Shown one piece after another: positions 40,970-51,473 of a DNA stretch of 64,000 nt; positions within the stretch are counted from its first letter, which is position 1; each line of letters starts with the position of its first letter. The stretch lies in NCBI GenBank assembly GCA_963663805.2, contig CAXXMR010000009.1, positions 128,001 to 192,000 on the forward strand, in the 5' to 3' direction. Both the position numbers and the translations under genes were made by a program. The DNA is from Sedimentisphaerales bacterium (GTDB lineage: Bacteria; Planctomycetota; Phycisphaerae; Sedimentisphaerales; SM23-30). The notes beneath the pieces were generated by a model, which was not told where the DNA came from, made no database searches, and saw only the letters and a list, made by a program, of their open reading frames with translations.

Positions 40970-43375
40970 ATGAGATTATATCGGCATATCTTGCTGATAC
41001 TCTTTCTGTTTACCGCCGTTTCCACGGCTGATTTTTCCTCGTCAGATTTCAATCACGACGGCCGGGTTGACACGCAGGACTTGCTCCGGCTCAACAGTCT
41101 ATGGCTCAACGACTGCTGTTTCCTGCCCTGTGATGAAACCGATATAAACCGGGACGGTTTGGTCAATATCGAGGATTTTGCGACCCTGGCTGATTACTGG
41201 CAGACAGAAGATTCCCCGGCTATGGAAATAGCCCACTGGTCGTTCGATGAGGGAACCGCCCTGACCGCTTATGACTCCACCAGCCCCGCCCACAATGCGG
41301 AAATGCGTAATATGAATGGGTATTCATGGTGTGCCGGCCAGCGTGGTTTTGCCTTGAATTTTGAGGGCGACGATTATCTTTCGATTACGGAAGCCGCCCA
41401 GGGGCTAGGCCAATATTTCGTGCGGGATTTCAGTATTTCGGTCTGGCTCAAACAGGGCATACAAAGCCATTGGCAGACGGTAATTGGCATCGAATCCACT
41501 TCACGCTATACGGATTATGGTTTTGAGGGGTTCACCATCGAACTGGAAGAAGGTGTCCCGCTGGTTTATATCGCCTATGCCGACGATACCCGTGAGGTGG
41601 TACGCACTTCGCGAGCTTTGCAGGCGGGCGCTTGGGAGCATTTCGCCGTTGTTCGACAGGGGCCGCTGGTCAGTATTTATCTCAACGGAAAACGGGACAG
41701 CACCCACACTATTACCAGTGCGAACATAAAATTCGATTCCGCCTGGCCCGGCTGCGATGTAATTGGCGCGACCAACGACAGCAGCTTTGGCCCGACAACA
41801 TTTTATCGCGGCAAGCTGGATGATATCCATCTGTATAACTTCGCGATTTCCGAAGAACTGGTTACTAAACTGGCTCGGCAGAATCACGCCTGGCTGCCCA
41901 GCCCCGACGACGGTGAGGCTGATATAGCAATCGACACCGACCTCAGCTGGCAAAAAGGTTTCACAACCCAAACCTATGACTGCCACGATGTTTATCTTGG
42001 GCAGGTCTATAACGATGTCGCTCAGGCAAATCCCTCGACAGCCGGCACCTACAAAGGAAGACAAACCGCTATATGCTATGACCCGCCGACGGATTTATAC
42101 CCGGACCAGACCTACTATTGGCGCATAGACAGCATTTGCGACGGCACAGCGCAAGCTGGCCCAGTATGGCAGTTTGACACCACCGCCGGCAGTTATACTA
42201 CCTCATCCTCATCGAATCAGACCTACTATCGAGCTAACGGTGCTTATGGCCATGACCGGTTCTCATTTGACCAGCTTTATTGCTGGAAGGGGGCTTCCGG
42301 AGCGGGGGCGTGGTGGTGGCAAATTGCCTTCAATGAGCCGCGGCAGGTTGGCTCAATTCTGCATATTTTCGGTGACCACGACAGCCTGTTCCTTAATACG
42401 CCCGGCAGTTATGTTTGGAAGCATAGTTCTGACGGAGCGAATTGGCAAACCCTCAACGAAACATCCGTCGTCGGCAATACCCGTATGTATCGTATCAACC
42501 GTCTGGACGAGTCGGTGACTGCCCGGTTCTTCCGGCTGGAAATTACTTCGGCGACTGGCAGTTATCCGGTTCTGCGTGAAGTTGAATTTTATCCTGAGAC
42601 CGATTCGGCAATCGAGTTTCCTGATTGGCTGGTAGCGGTAGACATTACCGAAAGTTCCGCTATGCCCGGCCCGGCTTTGGGTTTCATAACCCTGGCCCGC
42701 CAGTGTGACGGCTGGGAAGATGCCCCGGTTCAGGAAGTATGGCTGGGCTATTTCAATATGGATTACGTAAGTACCGAGCCCTACCCGACATGTGCGTTTC
42801 TGTCGGGAAGTTATCTGGAATGGTGCCAGCGCAGCCGCTGGCCGTTTGCGGGTTTGCAGGCGGTGGTCGAAAACGGCAATTTGCCGATTTGGGGTTCCTG
42901 CGGCGGTGCTCAGGCCCTGGGTATTCTGCTGGATACCGGTTATGAATCGCCCTGGGATTGCCCCCGTTGCCGCGACCAGTACAATCCTTATTGCCCGATT
43001 TACGGCCATATCGGCTATCTGGACCCGGAAAACCCCGGTCCCTGCGGCGATTACGCCTCGGCGATTCGTGAGGTGGGGCCAACCTACGTGATGCAGGTCA
43101 CCTATGACACGGTCTTTGATGGATTGCCGACAAATTTCCTTGCCAACGAAAGCCACATGGGCCAGCTTGAATATCTGCCTGTCGGTTGGCATTTAATCGC
43201 TCAGAACGGACCCGGCGGATATACGCAGCATCAGTGTTTTCGGCAGGACGACCGTTATATATACGGAGCGCAGTTCCATATCGAGGATTATAATTCGCAG
43301 ACGTGGTACAACTCGCAGATTATCATGACAAATTTCCTCAATCTGGCCCGACAGTGGGGCGGATATCAACCATAA
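40970..43375 (+). CDS. Secreted multidomain protein: dockerin-like + LamG + discoidin (F5/8C)-like + class I glutamine-amidotransferase-like domain
   Basis: DFNHDGRVD/DINRDGLVN, AHWSFDEG...GKLDDI, YYWRID and ARFFRLEI. C-terminal WGSCGGAQ, ESH and GAQFHIE. Confidence 0.8.
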   Translation: MRLYRHILLILFLFTAVSTADFSSSDFNHDGRVDTQDLLRLNSLWLNDCCFLPCDETDINRDGLVNIEDFATLADYWQTEDSPAMEIAHWSFDEGTALTAYDSTSPAHNAEMRNMNGYSWCAGQRGFALNFEGDDYLSITEAAQGLGQYFVRDFSISVWLKQGIQSHWQTVIGIESTSRYTDYGFEGFTIELEEGVPLVYIAYADDTREVVRTSRALQAGAWEHFAVVRQGPLVSIYLNGKRDSTHTITSANIKFDSAWPGCDVIGATNDSSFGPTTFYRGKLDDIHLYNFAISEELVTKLARQNHAWLPSPDDGEADIAIDTDLSWQKGFTTQTYDCHDVYLGQVYNDVAQANPSTAGTYKGRQTAICYDPPTDLYPDQTYYWRIDSICDGTAQAGPVWQFDTTAGSYTTSSSSNQTYYRANGAYGHDRFSFDQLYCWKGASGAGAWWWQIAFNEPRQVGSILHIFGDHDSLFLNTPGSYVWKHSSDGANWQTLNETSVVGNTRMYRINRLDESVTARFFRLEITSATGSYPVLREVEFYPETDSAIEFPDWLVAVDITESSAMPGPALGFITLARQCDGWEDAPVQEVWLGYFNMDYVSTEPYPTCAFLSGSYLEWCQRSRWPFAGLQAVVENGNLPIWGSCGGAQALGILLDTGYESPWDCPRCRDQYNPYCPIYGHIGYLDPENPGPCGDYASAIREVGPTYVMQVTYDTVFDGLPTNFLANESHMGQLEYLPVGWHLIAQNGPGGYTQHQCFRQDDRYIYGAQFHIEDYNSQTWYNSQIIMTNFLNLARQWGGYQP

Positions 43376-43397
43376 GTATTTGTAAAGGAACCCTCAA

Positions 43398-44744
43398 GTG
43401 AAACTAAGTGACAGGCAGGAAAAGCTGCTCAAAAACACCTTTCTAGACTATCAGCAGACGCTGGAATTCATTCGCCAGCCGGTAATTATGGAAAAAGCCG
43501 AAGGGCTTTATTACTGGGATACCGAAGGAAAGCGTTATTTTGACGCGATAGGCGGCATTTTTGTGGCATCGTTGGGTCATCGCCATCCTCGGTTGGTTGA
43601 GGCGATGATAAAGCAGATGGAAAAGATTACCTTCGCACCGCCGCTTCATGGCGTGGCCCAGGTTACCCTGGATTTTGTGGAGAAACTGGCATCGGTAACG
43701 CCCGGAAGTCTTAATTATGTAAAGCCTTACAGCGGCGGGTCGGAATCTACCGAGTCGGCGATGAAATTTGTGCGTCAGTATTTTCGTCAGAGCGGCAAAC
43801 CTGATAAATACAAGATAATCAGCCGTTATTTTGGTTATCACGGCAGTACATTCGGGGCAATGTCGGCCAGCGGGACCGGCAAACGCAAAAGCAAGTTTGA
43901 ACCTCAGATGGGCGGGTTTCTTAAAGTCTTTCCGCCAAATTACTTGCGGGACAGATTTTCGAGCTGGGAAGAATGCAATCGGTTTTGTGCCCGGAGTGTT
44001 GAGGATGTAATTATCAACGAGGATCCGGAAACGGTGGCGGCATTTATGGTCGAGCCGGTAGGTAATACGGGGGGGATTATAACGCCGACGGATGAGTATT
44101 TTCAGATAATTCGGCAAATATGTGACAAATATAATGTTATGTTAATTTACGATGAAATCATCACCGGTTTCGGCAAGACGGGTAATATGTTCGCGGCAGA
44201 GACGTTTGGGGTTACGCCGGACCTGCTTTGCAGCGGTAAAGGCTTGTCCAGCGGGATGATACCGATGGGGGCGATGGTTGCACGAGAAGATATGGGGGAA
44301 TGTTTTCTGGGTAGCGGCGGGGATAATGTTCAGTTTGCCCACGGTAATACTTTCGCGGGTCATCCGCTGGCTTGTGCGGTGGGTATTGAAGTTATTAAAG
44401 AGTTGCAGGAAAAGAAGTTAGCGGAGAAGGCGCGGGGGCTTGGCGAATATTTATTTGGGAAACTGGAGAGTTTGAAACAGTATGGCGTGGTGCGTGAGGT
44501 TCGGGGTAAGGGGATTTTGCTGGGTGTGGAGCTGGTGAAGGATACCAAGAGTAATTCGCCGTTCCCGGAATTAGGTCAAGCCCTTAAGCGGACGGCAGTT
44601 ATGAACGGTTTGATTATGCGGGTGGACCCGGATTGGTTCGCGGTGGCGCCTGCTTTGATAGCTGAAAAGAGCGATATTGATGAGATGTTTGAGCTTATAG
44701 AGAAGAGTTTTAAGCAGGCTTTGGAGGAGGTTCGGAAGAAATAA
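43398..44744 (+). CDS. Class III PLP-dependent aminotransferase
   Basis: SGGSESTE, YHGST, YDEIITGFGKTG, SGKGLSSG and HGNTFAGHP. Confidence 0.95.
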   Translation: MKLSDRQEKLLKNTFLDYQQTLEFIRQPVIMEKAEGLYYWDTEGKRYFDAIGGIFVASLGHRHPRLVEAMIKQMEKITFAPPLHGVAQVTLDFVEKLASVTPGSLNYVKPYSGGSESTESAMKFVRQYFRQSGKPDKYKIISRYFGYHGSTFGAMSASGTGKRKSKFEPQMGGFLKVFPPNYLRDRFSSWEECNRFCARSVEDVIINEDPETVAAFMVEPVGNTGGIITPTDEYFQIIRQICDKYNVMLIYDEIITGFGKTGNMFAAETFGVTPDLLCSGKGLSSGMIPMGAMVAREDMGECFLGSGGDNVQFAHGNTFAGHPLACAVGIEVIKELQEKKLAEKARGLGEYLFGKLESLKQYGVVREVRGKGILLGVELVKDTKSNSPFPELGQALKRTAVMNGLIMRVDPDWFAVAPALIAEKSDIDEMFELIEKSFKQALEEVRKK

Positions 44745-44952
44745 GCCTCTTTTTTCAGCGCGTTTGAGCCTGAGACGACCGATTTTTGGTGATTTTTAGT
44801 GATTTTTGGACGAATTTAGCGAAAAAAACGCAAAAAAAAAACGATTTTGATTAGCTAAATCTGAAAAAAAACAGCGACAGTTGAGCATTTTATTTGTAAT
44901 AAATCTATAGGTGTTTAGCTTTGGCGTGGCGAACATTTTTTAGGAAAAAAGT

Positions 44953-46794
44953 ATGCACATAATAGACATTTCGATTATAGTAGGTTCATTAGTGTTGGTG
45001 CTAATAGCCGGCTGTTCTCTGGTAAAGCGAGCGGCCCAAAATATTGACTCCTACTTCCTGGGTGGCAATACGCTGCCCTGGTACATGCTCGGCATCTCTA
45101 ACGCGTCGAGCATGTTTGATATATCCGGCACCATGTGGATGGTGACGCTGTTATTTGTGTACGGCCTGAAAAGTGTTTGGATACCCTGGCTTTGGCCGGT
45201 ATTCAATCAGATATTCATGATGGTATATCTGGCTGTATGGTTGAGACGTTCGAACGTCCTGACCGGTGCCGAGTGGATAAAGACGCGGTTTGGTAACCGC
45301 CTGGGCGTGGAGCTATCGCATATATCGGTAGTATTTTTCGCCGTGGTAAGTATGGTCGGGTTCATGGCCTATGCCTTTCAGGGTATAGGCAAGTTCTCGG
45401 CGGTATTTTTGACGGGGGCTCTGCCGTGGGAGCTTACTCCTCATCATTACGCTTTAATAATCATGGGTATCACCGGTTTTTATGTAGTGGCCGGCGGTAT
45501 GTACAGCGTGGTTGTCACCGATGTTATTCAGTTTGTGATTATGGCGGCGGTGTCTGTGGCGATAGCGGTTATCGCGATGAACCGCACAACGGCAGGTGAT
45601 ATTGCCGCGGCGGTGCCGGAGGGCTGGTCGAATATATTCTTTGGCTGGAATCTTGATATAGACTGGTCGGATAAATTCAGTCTGGTCAATGACAAAATCG
45701 CGAGTGATGGTTATTCTCTGTTTACAATATTTTTCATGATGATGCTGTTCAAAGGTGTGCTGGCGAGTTCGGCGGGGCCTGCTCCTAATTATGATATGCA
45801 GCGGGTATTGGCTACCAAGACACCGAAAGAAGCGTCTTTGATGAGCTGGTTTGTGAATGTGGCGTTGTTGTTTCCGCGTTATTTGATGATTGCGGGGATA
45901 ACGATTCTAGGGCTGGTGTTTCTGGTGCCTCAGATGAAGGCCGGCGGCGGCAGTATTGACCTGGAGCGTATGCTGCCGGACGTAATAAATAATTTTATGC
46001 CGGTGGGTATGAAAGGGCTGATGATAGCGGGTCTGCTGGCGGCGTTTATGAGTACGGTATCCTCGACGGTTAATTCGGGGGCGGCTTATGTGAGTAATGA
46101 CATCTACAAGCGTTATATCAACCGCAATGCTTCGCAAAAGAAATATGTGCGTATCAGTTATGTCAGTTCGGTGCTGCTGATTATCGTGGGGATTGCGTTT
46201 GGCTTTACGATTGATTCGATACATGTTATTCTGAGCTGGATTGTTTCGGGCCTTTACGGTGGTTATATCGCTCCGAATGTGCTGAAATGGCACTGGTGGC
46301 GTTTTAACGGTATTGGTTATTTTACGGGTATGGTTTCCGGTATTGTCGCGTGTATCATTTCTTATATTACGCAGGATTACTGGCAGCATCTTCTGCCGGA
46401 TAATAATCCGCTGTATGCTTTTCCGGTGCTGCTGGTGATTAGTACTTTGGGCAGTGTTCTGGGCAGTTTGCTTTCTCGGCCGGAAGACGAGGAAGTCTTG
46501 AAGAGCTTCTATCGTACGGTTAGGCCGTGGGGGTTCTGGGGGCCGATACGCAAAGCGGTTTTGGCGGAAAAAGAGTTTATTGACGATATTAACTGCAAAC
46601 GTGACCTGTTTAATGTGGTAGTAGGTATTATCTGGCAGACTTCGATTACAACCTGCCCGATATTCCTGGTGATTCGCAGTTATCGCAGTCTGGCGTGTAG
46701 TCTGGCGATTGTGGCGGTGACGTCGATTATTTTGAAGTTTAACTGGTATGATAAGATTGACGGAACGGAAGAAGGCATGAGGCATGAGGGATGA
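44953..46794 (+). CDS. Sodium:solute symporter of the type often found next to GH130 phosphorylases
   Basis: YFLGGN.LPWY.LG.SNAS.MFDISGTMW, GPAPNYDMQR and LKW.WWRFNG. Confidence 0.93.
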   Translation: MHIIDISIIVGSLVLVLIAGCSLVKRAAQNIDSYFLGGNTLPWYMLGISNASSMFDISGTMWMVTLLFVYGLKSVWIPWLWPVFNQIFMMVYLAVWLRRSNVLTGAEWIKTRFGNRLGVELSHISVVFFAVVSMVGFMAYAFQGIGKFSAVFLTGALPWELTPHHYALIIMGITGFYVVAGGMYSVVVTDVIQFVIMAAVSVAIAVIAMNRTTAGDIAAAVPEGWSNIFFGWNLDIDWSDKFSLVNDKIASDGYSLFTIFFMMMLFKGVLASSAGPAPNYDMQRVLATKTPKEASLMSWFVNVALLFPRYLMIAGITILGLVFLVPQMKAGGGSIDLERMLPDVINNFMPVGMKGLMIAGLLAAFMSTVSSTVNSGAAYVSNDIYKRYINRNASQKKYVRISYVSSVLLIIVGIAFGFTIDSIHVILSWIVSGLYGGYIAPNVLKWHWWRFNGIGYFTGMVSGIVACIISYITQDYWQHLLPDNNPLYAFPVLLVISTLGSVLGSLLSRPEDEEVLKSFYRTVRPWGFWGPIRKAVLAEKEFIDDINCKRDLFNVVVGIIWQTSITTCPIFLVIRSYRSLACSLAIVAVTSIILKFNWYDKIDGTEEGMRHEG

Positions 46795-46829
46795 GGCAAG
46801 AGTGAACGGAAGAAGGCATGAGTGAACGG
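46763..46829 (+). repeat. Short tandem/direct repeats at the SSS gene end
   Basis: GAACGGAAGAAGGCATGAG at 46763 and 46804. Heptamer run GGCATGA GGCATGA GGGATGA GGCAAGA. Confidence 0.7.
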
Positions 46830-46865
46830 CTTGGTTTGACCTTTGGTTAGGGCATAATTAACGGT

Positions 46866-46909
46866 ACCGCTTACTGACGTGCGCGGCTCTGATATGTGCG
46901 CGGCTTTGA
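46866..46909. repeat. REP-like imperfect palindrome with partial duplication
   Basis: ACCGCTTACTGACGTGCGCGGCTCTGA followed by GTGCGCGGCTTTGA. Confidence 0.45.
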
Positions 46910-46920
46910 CAGGTTAGAAA

Positions 46921-48447
46921 ATGAGTGATGATATTAGACTTTTAGAAATGCGGGGTATCGGCAAGAGTTTTTCCGGTACGGTGGTTTTGTCGCAGGTTGA
47001 TTTTGACTTGCGGGCGGGTGAGGTGCATATACTGGCGGGTGAGAACGGGGCGGGTAAGAGTACGCTTATGAAGGTTCTGGGCGGGGTGCATAGCGAACAT
47101 GAAGGCAGTATCGCGGTCAGGGGCGAGTCGGTTAGTTTTCGGAATGTTCAGGATTCGGCTCAGGCGGGGGTGGCGGTGATTCATCAGGAGTTGTCGCTGA
47201 TAGGCTCTTTGAGTATTTATGAGAATATTTTTCTGGGTAAGGAAAAAAGCTCTTACGGCTGGCTCGCTAAGAAAGAGATGATTGAATATTCGCGTCAGGC
47301 TTTGGGGCGGCTGGGTCTGGCGATTGACCCGCGGCGTGCGGTTGAGGAATTTACCATCGGGATTCAGCAGATGATAGAGATTGCCAAGGCGTTAGCTTTT
47401 GACGCTCGGATTATCGTTATGGATGAGCCGACCAGTGCCCTGACCGAGCCGGAAGTAGTGAAGCTGTTTGCGATTATCTCCGGCCTGAAAGAGCAGGGGT
47501 GCGGGATAGTGTATATTTCGCATAAGATGGAAGAGATTTATCAGATAGCTGACCGTATAACTGTATTGCGGGACGGTCAGTATATCGGTACGGAAACGGC
47601 GTCGAATCTGCCGCAGGAAAAACTGATTAAATGGATGGTGGGTCGGGAGCTGGACCAGCGTTTTCCGCGGCATGAAGGTCAGCGGGGTGAGGTGCTGCTG
47701 CGGGCGAAGGATATTTATGTGCCGGGTACGGTTAAGAATCCGGCAGCGCGGGTGGATAAGGTTTCTTTTGAGGTTCATGCCGGTGAGATACTTGGTATTG
47801 CAGGTTTGCAGGGTTCGGGTAACTCTGAGCTGCTGAACGGGATTTTTGGTACATACGGCAGGGCGGTGCGTGGTAAGTATATGATTGACGGTTGCGAGTT
47901 CAGGCCTGACAGTCCGGCTGGGTCTATTGGCAGGGGGATGGCACTGTTGACGAATGACCGTAAGACTACCGGGCTGGTGATGGATATGAATATCGCTGAG
48001 AATGCTACTCTGGCGAGTCTGTCGCGTTTTTCGCCGGGTTATTGGATGAGGCCCGCGGCGGAACACGACGCGGTGCGGAATACGACGGCCCGGCTGAGGC
48101 TCAAGGCGGAGTCAATATTTCAGAACGTGCAAAGTTTGTCGGGCGGTAATCAGCAGAAGGTTGCTTTGGCGAAGTGGGTCGAGACTCGGCCCCGTGTTTT
48201 GCTGCTGGATGAGCCGACGCGCGGGGTTGATGTGGGGGCGAAGCAGGAGATTTATGAGCTGATGAATCAGTGGACCAGTGAGGGGCTGGCGATAGTTTTG
48301 ATAACTTCGGAAATGCCGGAACTGCTGGCAATGAGTGACCGGATTTTGGTGATGCATCGTGGTAAGGCCACGGCGGAGTTTTCGCGTGAGCAGGCGACTC
48401 AGGAAAAGATACTCAGCGCGGCGTTGGGTGAAAGGCAATGTGCATGA
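46921..48447 (+). CDS. Monosaccharide ABC transporter ATP-binding protein (RbsA-like, two NBDs)
   Basis: GENGAGKST, MDEPTSAL, LSGGNQQK and DEPTRGVDVGAK. Confidence 0.96.
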   Translation: MSDDIRLLEMRGIGKSFSGTVVLSQVDFDLRAGEVHILAGENGAGKSTLMKVLGGVHSEHEGSIAVRGESVSFRNVQDSAQAGVAVIHQELSLIGSLSIYENIFLGKEKSSYGWLAKKEMIEYSRQALGRLGLAIDPRRAVEEFTIGIQQMIEIAKALAFDARIIVMDEPTSALTEPEVVKLFAIISGLKEQGCGIVYISHKMEEIYQIADRITVLRDGQYIGTETASNLPQEKLIKWMVGRELDQRFPRHEGQRGEVLLRAKDIYVPGTVKNPAARVDKVSFEVHAGEILGIAGLQGSGNSELLNGIFGTYGRAVRGKYMIDGCEFRPDSPAGSIGRGMALLTNDRKTTGLVMDMNIAENATLASLSRFSPGYWMRPAAEHDAVRNTTARLRLKAESIFQNVQSLSGGNQQKVALAKWVETRPRVLLLDEPTRGVDVGAKQEIYELMNQWTSEGLAIVLITSEMPELLAMSDRILVMHRGKATAEFSREQATQEKILSAALGERQCA

Positions 48448-49439
48448 CAGGAAGTATGATGAAGGATAAAGCGTGGTTGAGTTCGCCCCTGGCACGGGCG
48501 TTGGCGGCATTGATTATCGTGTTTTTGATAGGCGTGATATTCAACGCTGACGGTGCGTTTTTGAAATGGGGTACGCATCGTGACATGCTTCGGGCGGTAT
48601 CGGTTTATGGCTTGTTGGCCTGCGGGATGACTCTGGTGATAATTACCGGTGGGATTGATTTGTCGGTGGGCAGTATTTTGGGGCTGGTGGCGGTGGCGTT
48701 TTCGCTGTTCAGTATTCATTGGGGGTGGCCTTTGTACGCGGTTCTGGCGGTTTGTCTGCTGGTGGGTGCGGTTTGCGGGGCGGCTTCGGGCGCTCTAATC
48801 TCTCGGTTCAAGATTCAGCCTTTTATCGCGACTTTGGCGATGATGGTATTTGCCCGTGGTCTGGCTAAGTGGGTTTCGGGCGGCCAGAAGATTTCGACGG
48901 CGGTTCAGAAGCCTGATGGTAATTATGAATATGTGCCGGTGCCGGAAGTGTTCAATTTTATCAATTCGCGGGTGCTGGGTGATAATATTTCGGTGGTTAC
49001 GATTATTTTTCTGGTTTGTATGGTGCTTTCGGCGATACTGCTGATTAAGCTGCGTCCGGGCCGGTATATCTATGCGATTGGTGGTAATGAGGAGGCTTCG
49101 CGGCTCAGTGGTGTTCCTGTTAATGCTGTTAAGATAATGACTTACGCTTTAAGCGGGCTATTTTGTGCGGTGGCGGGGATTTGTCAGGCTTGTCAGGAGT
49201 ATCAGGGCGACCCGGAGGCTGGGCAGACCTATGAACTTTCTGCGATTGCGATGGTGGTAATTGGTGGTACCAGTTTACGTGGTGGCCGGGGCGGAATAGG
49301 GCTTACCTTGTTAGGGGTCTTGACAATCGGTTACTTAGAGAAGATACTTAGCATCAACGCTGTTGGGGAGGATAAGCGTCTTATGCTGACCGGTGCGATA
49401 ATCGTTGCGGCGGTGCTGTTCCAGAAGACTAAGAACTGA
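48438..49439 (+). CDS. Monosaccharide ABC transporter permease (RbsC-like)
   Basis: GGIDLSVGS, IYAIGGNEEASRLSG and YEL.AIA.VVIGGTSL.GG. Confidence 0.96.
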   Translation: MCMTGSMMKDKAWLSSPLARALAALIIVFLIGVIFNADGAFLKWGTHRDMLRAVSVYGLLACGMTLVIITGGIDLSVGSILGLVAVAFSLFSIHWGWPLYAVLAVCLLVGAVCGAASGALISRFKIQPFIATLAMMVFARGLAKWVSGGQKISTAVQKPDGNYEYVPVPEVFNFINSRVLGDNISVVTIIFLVCMVLSAILLIKLRPGRYIYAIGGNEEASRLSGVPVNAVKIMTYALSGLFCAVAGICQACQEYQGDPEAGQTYELSAIAMVVIGGTSLRGGRGGIGLTLLGVLTIGYLEKILSINAVGEDKRLMLTGAIIVAAVLFQKTKN

Positions 49440-49474
49440 TAAGGCGAAATGTTATTGCTCAGAAAGGAGCTCTT

Positions 49475-50431
49475 GTGAAGAATTTAGTTAATGTTTTAGC
49501 GACGGCGGTTTTGGTTTGCGGTTTGTTTGTGGGCTGTGAGAAGAAGGCCTCTGAGGAAGGGGCTGTTCCGGACGCAACGAAAAAAAAGGTCATTGGGATG
49601 AGTCAGTGCAATCTGGGAGAGCCCTGGCGGGTGCAGATGAATGCTGATATTAAGAACGCGGTGGATGATTATGATGATATTGAAGTGATTTTTAAGGATG
49701 CTCAGAACGATACTCTGAAGCAGGTTGCTCAGATGGAAGAGTTTATCTCGGCTGGTGTTGATTTGATTATAATCTCGCCGAAGGAGGCGGCACCGCTGAC
49801 GCCGATTGTTGGGCAGGCTTATAAGAAAGGTATTCCGGTTATTGTGCTGGACCGTCGGGTTACGGGTGATGATTATACGTGTTTTATTGGTGCGGATAAC
49901 AAGAAGATCGGCAAGGCCGCGGGTGAATGGATAGTTAAGAAGCTGGGCGGGTCGGGCAAGGTTGTGGAATTGAAGGGGCTGATGACTTCAACGCCGGGTC
50001 AGGATCGTCACAGTGGTTTTCGGGCGGGGATTGAAGGTTCGGGGATAGAGATTATTTTTGAAGCCGATATGAAATGGCTGGAGCCGAACGCTCGCAAGGA
50101 AATGGAGTCGGCGTTGGCTCGTTATGAAACAATAGATTTGGTTTATGCTCACAACGATCCGGGGGCTCATGGTGCCTATTTGGCGGCCAAGGCGGTGGGG
50201 CGTGAGAAGGATATTGTTTTTGTGGGTATTGATGGTTTGGCTCAGGAAGGTCAGGCCTATGTTGCCCAGGGGATAATGTCGGCGAGCTTTGAATATCCGA
50301 CCGGGGGCGGCAAGGCGATTGATACGGCTTTGGAGATTTTCGCCGGCAAAGAAGTTGCCAAAGAGATAACGCTGGGTTCGCGGGTTTTTACGCCGGAGAA
50401 TCTGGCAGCGGGCGGGGAATTTGTTAAGTAG
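49475..50431 (+). CDS. Monosaccharide ABC transporter substrate-binding lipoprotein (RbsB-like)
   Basis: Lipobox [33 protein letters not shown] and VGIDG. Confidence 0.95.
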   Translation: MKNLVNVLATAVLVCGLFVGCEKKASEEGAVPDATKKKVIGMSQCNLGEPWRVQMNADIKNAVDDYDDIEVIFKDAQNDTLKQVAQMEEFISAGVDLIIISPKEAAPLTPIVGQAYKKGIPVIVLDRRVTGDDYTCFIGADNKKIGKAAGEWIVKKLGGSGKVVELKGLMTSTPGQDRHSGFRAGIEGSGIEIIFEADMKWLEPNARKEMESALARYETIDLVYAHNDPGAHGAYLAAKAVGREKDIVFVGIDGLAQEGQAYVAQGIMSASFEYPTGGGKAIDTALEIFAGKEVAKEITLGSRVFTPENLAAGGEFVK

Positions 50432-50462
50432 TTTGGGAAGTAGTAGTAAAAAAGGAAATGAT

Positions 50463-51458
50463 ATGGCTAAGAAGACGATAATTGGTGAACCTTTGGCGAA
50501 TATTCCGTGGCAGGAGCGTCCGGCGGGCAACAGTGCGGTGGTCTGGCGTTATTCTGAGAATCCGGTGGTTCCGCGTGATATACTGGCCTGCTCCAACAGC
50601 GTGTTTAATTCGGCGGTGGTGCCGTTTAAGGGTGAGTTCGCGGGTGTGTTTCGGGTGGACAGTACGACGCGGAATATGCGTATTCACCGAGGTTTTAGTA
50701 AGGACGGGTTTAATTTTGAGCTGGCCCCGGAGCCTATCGCGTGGCAATGTGATGACCCGGAAATCGCGGAGTTTATCGAGTCGTATGACCCGCGGGTAGT
50801 GCCGCTGGAAGGTAAATATTACGTCAACTGGTGTAATAATTATCATGGTTATACGATCGGGATGGGTTGGACTGAGGATTTTGAGACGTTTCATCAGATT
50901 GAAAACGCGTTTGTGCCTTTTAATCGTAACGGGGTATTGTTTCCTCGTAAGGTTAATGGTAAATATCTGCTGCTGAGTCGGCCCAGCGATTCGGGACATA
51001 CGCCTTTTGGTGATGTTTTTGTCAGTCAGAGCCCGGATATGATTCACTGGGGTTGTCATCGTCATGTGATGGGGCCGACGGCGGGCAGTAAGTGTACGTG
51101 GCAGTGTACGAAGGTCGGGGCTGGGCCGGTGCCGATAGAGACTTCGGAAGGGTGGCTGATGTTCTATCACGGAGTTATCACCAGCTGCAATGGTTTCGTT
51201 TACAGTATGGGGGCGGCGCTGCTGGATTTGGATGAGCCGTGGAAAGTGATTTATCGCAGTGAGCCTTATCTGCTCTCGCCACAGAAATTGTATGAGTGTG
51301 TGGGTGATGTGCCGAACGTGGTGTTTCCTTGTGCGGCGCTGACGGATGGGGCGACGGGTCGTATCGCGATTTATTACGGCTGTGCCGATACGGTAACTTC
51401 GCTGGCGTTCTGCTATGTTGATGAGATATTTGATTTTCTTAAGAAGAATTCGTTCTGA
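50463..51458 (+). CDS. GH130 beta-mannoside phosphorylase
   Basis: [40 protein letters not shown] and GDVPNVVFP. Confidence 0.93.
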   Translation: MAKKTIIGEPLANIPWQERPAGNSAVVWRYSENPVVPRDILACSNSVFNSAVVPFKGEFAGVFRVDSTTRNMRIHRGFSKDGFNFELAPEPIAWQCDDPEIAEFIESYDPRVVPLEGKYYVNWCNNYHGYTIGMGWTEDFETFHQIENAFVPFNRNGVLFPRKVNGKYLLLSRPSDSGHTPFGDVFVSQSPDMIHWGCHRHVMGPTAGSKCTWQCTKVGAGPVPIETSEGWLMFYHGVITSCNGFVYSMGAALLDLDEPWKVIYRSEPYLLSPQKLYECVGDVPNVVFPCAALTDGATGRIAIYYGCADTVTSLAFCYVDEIFDFLKKNSF

Positions 51459-51473
51459 GAATTGGAGTTGTAG

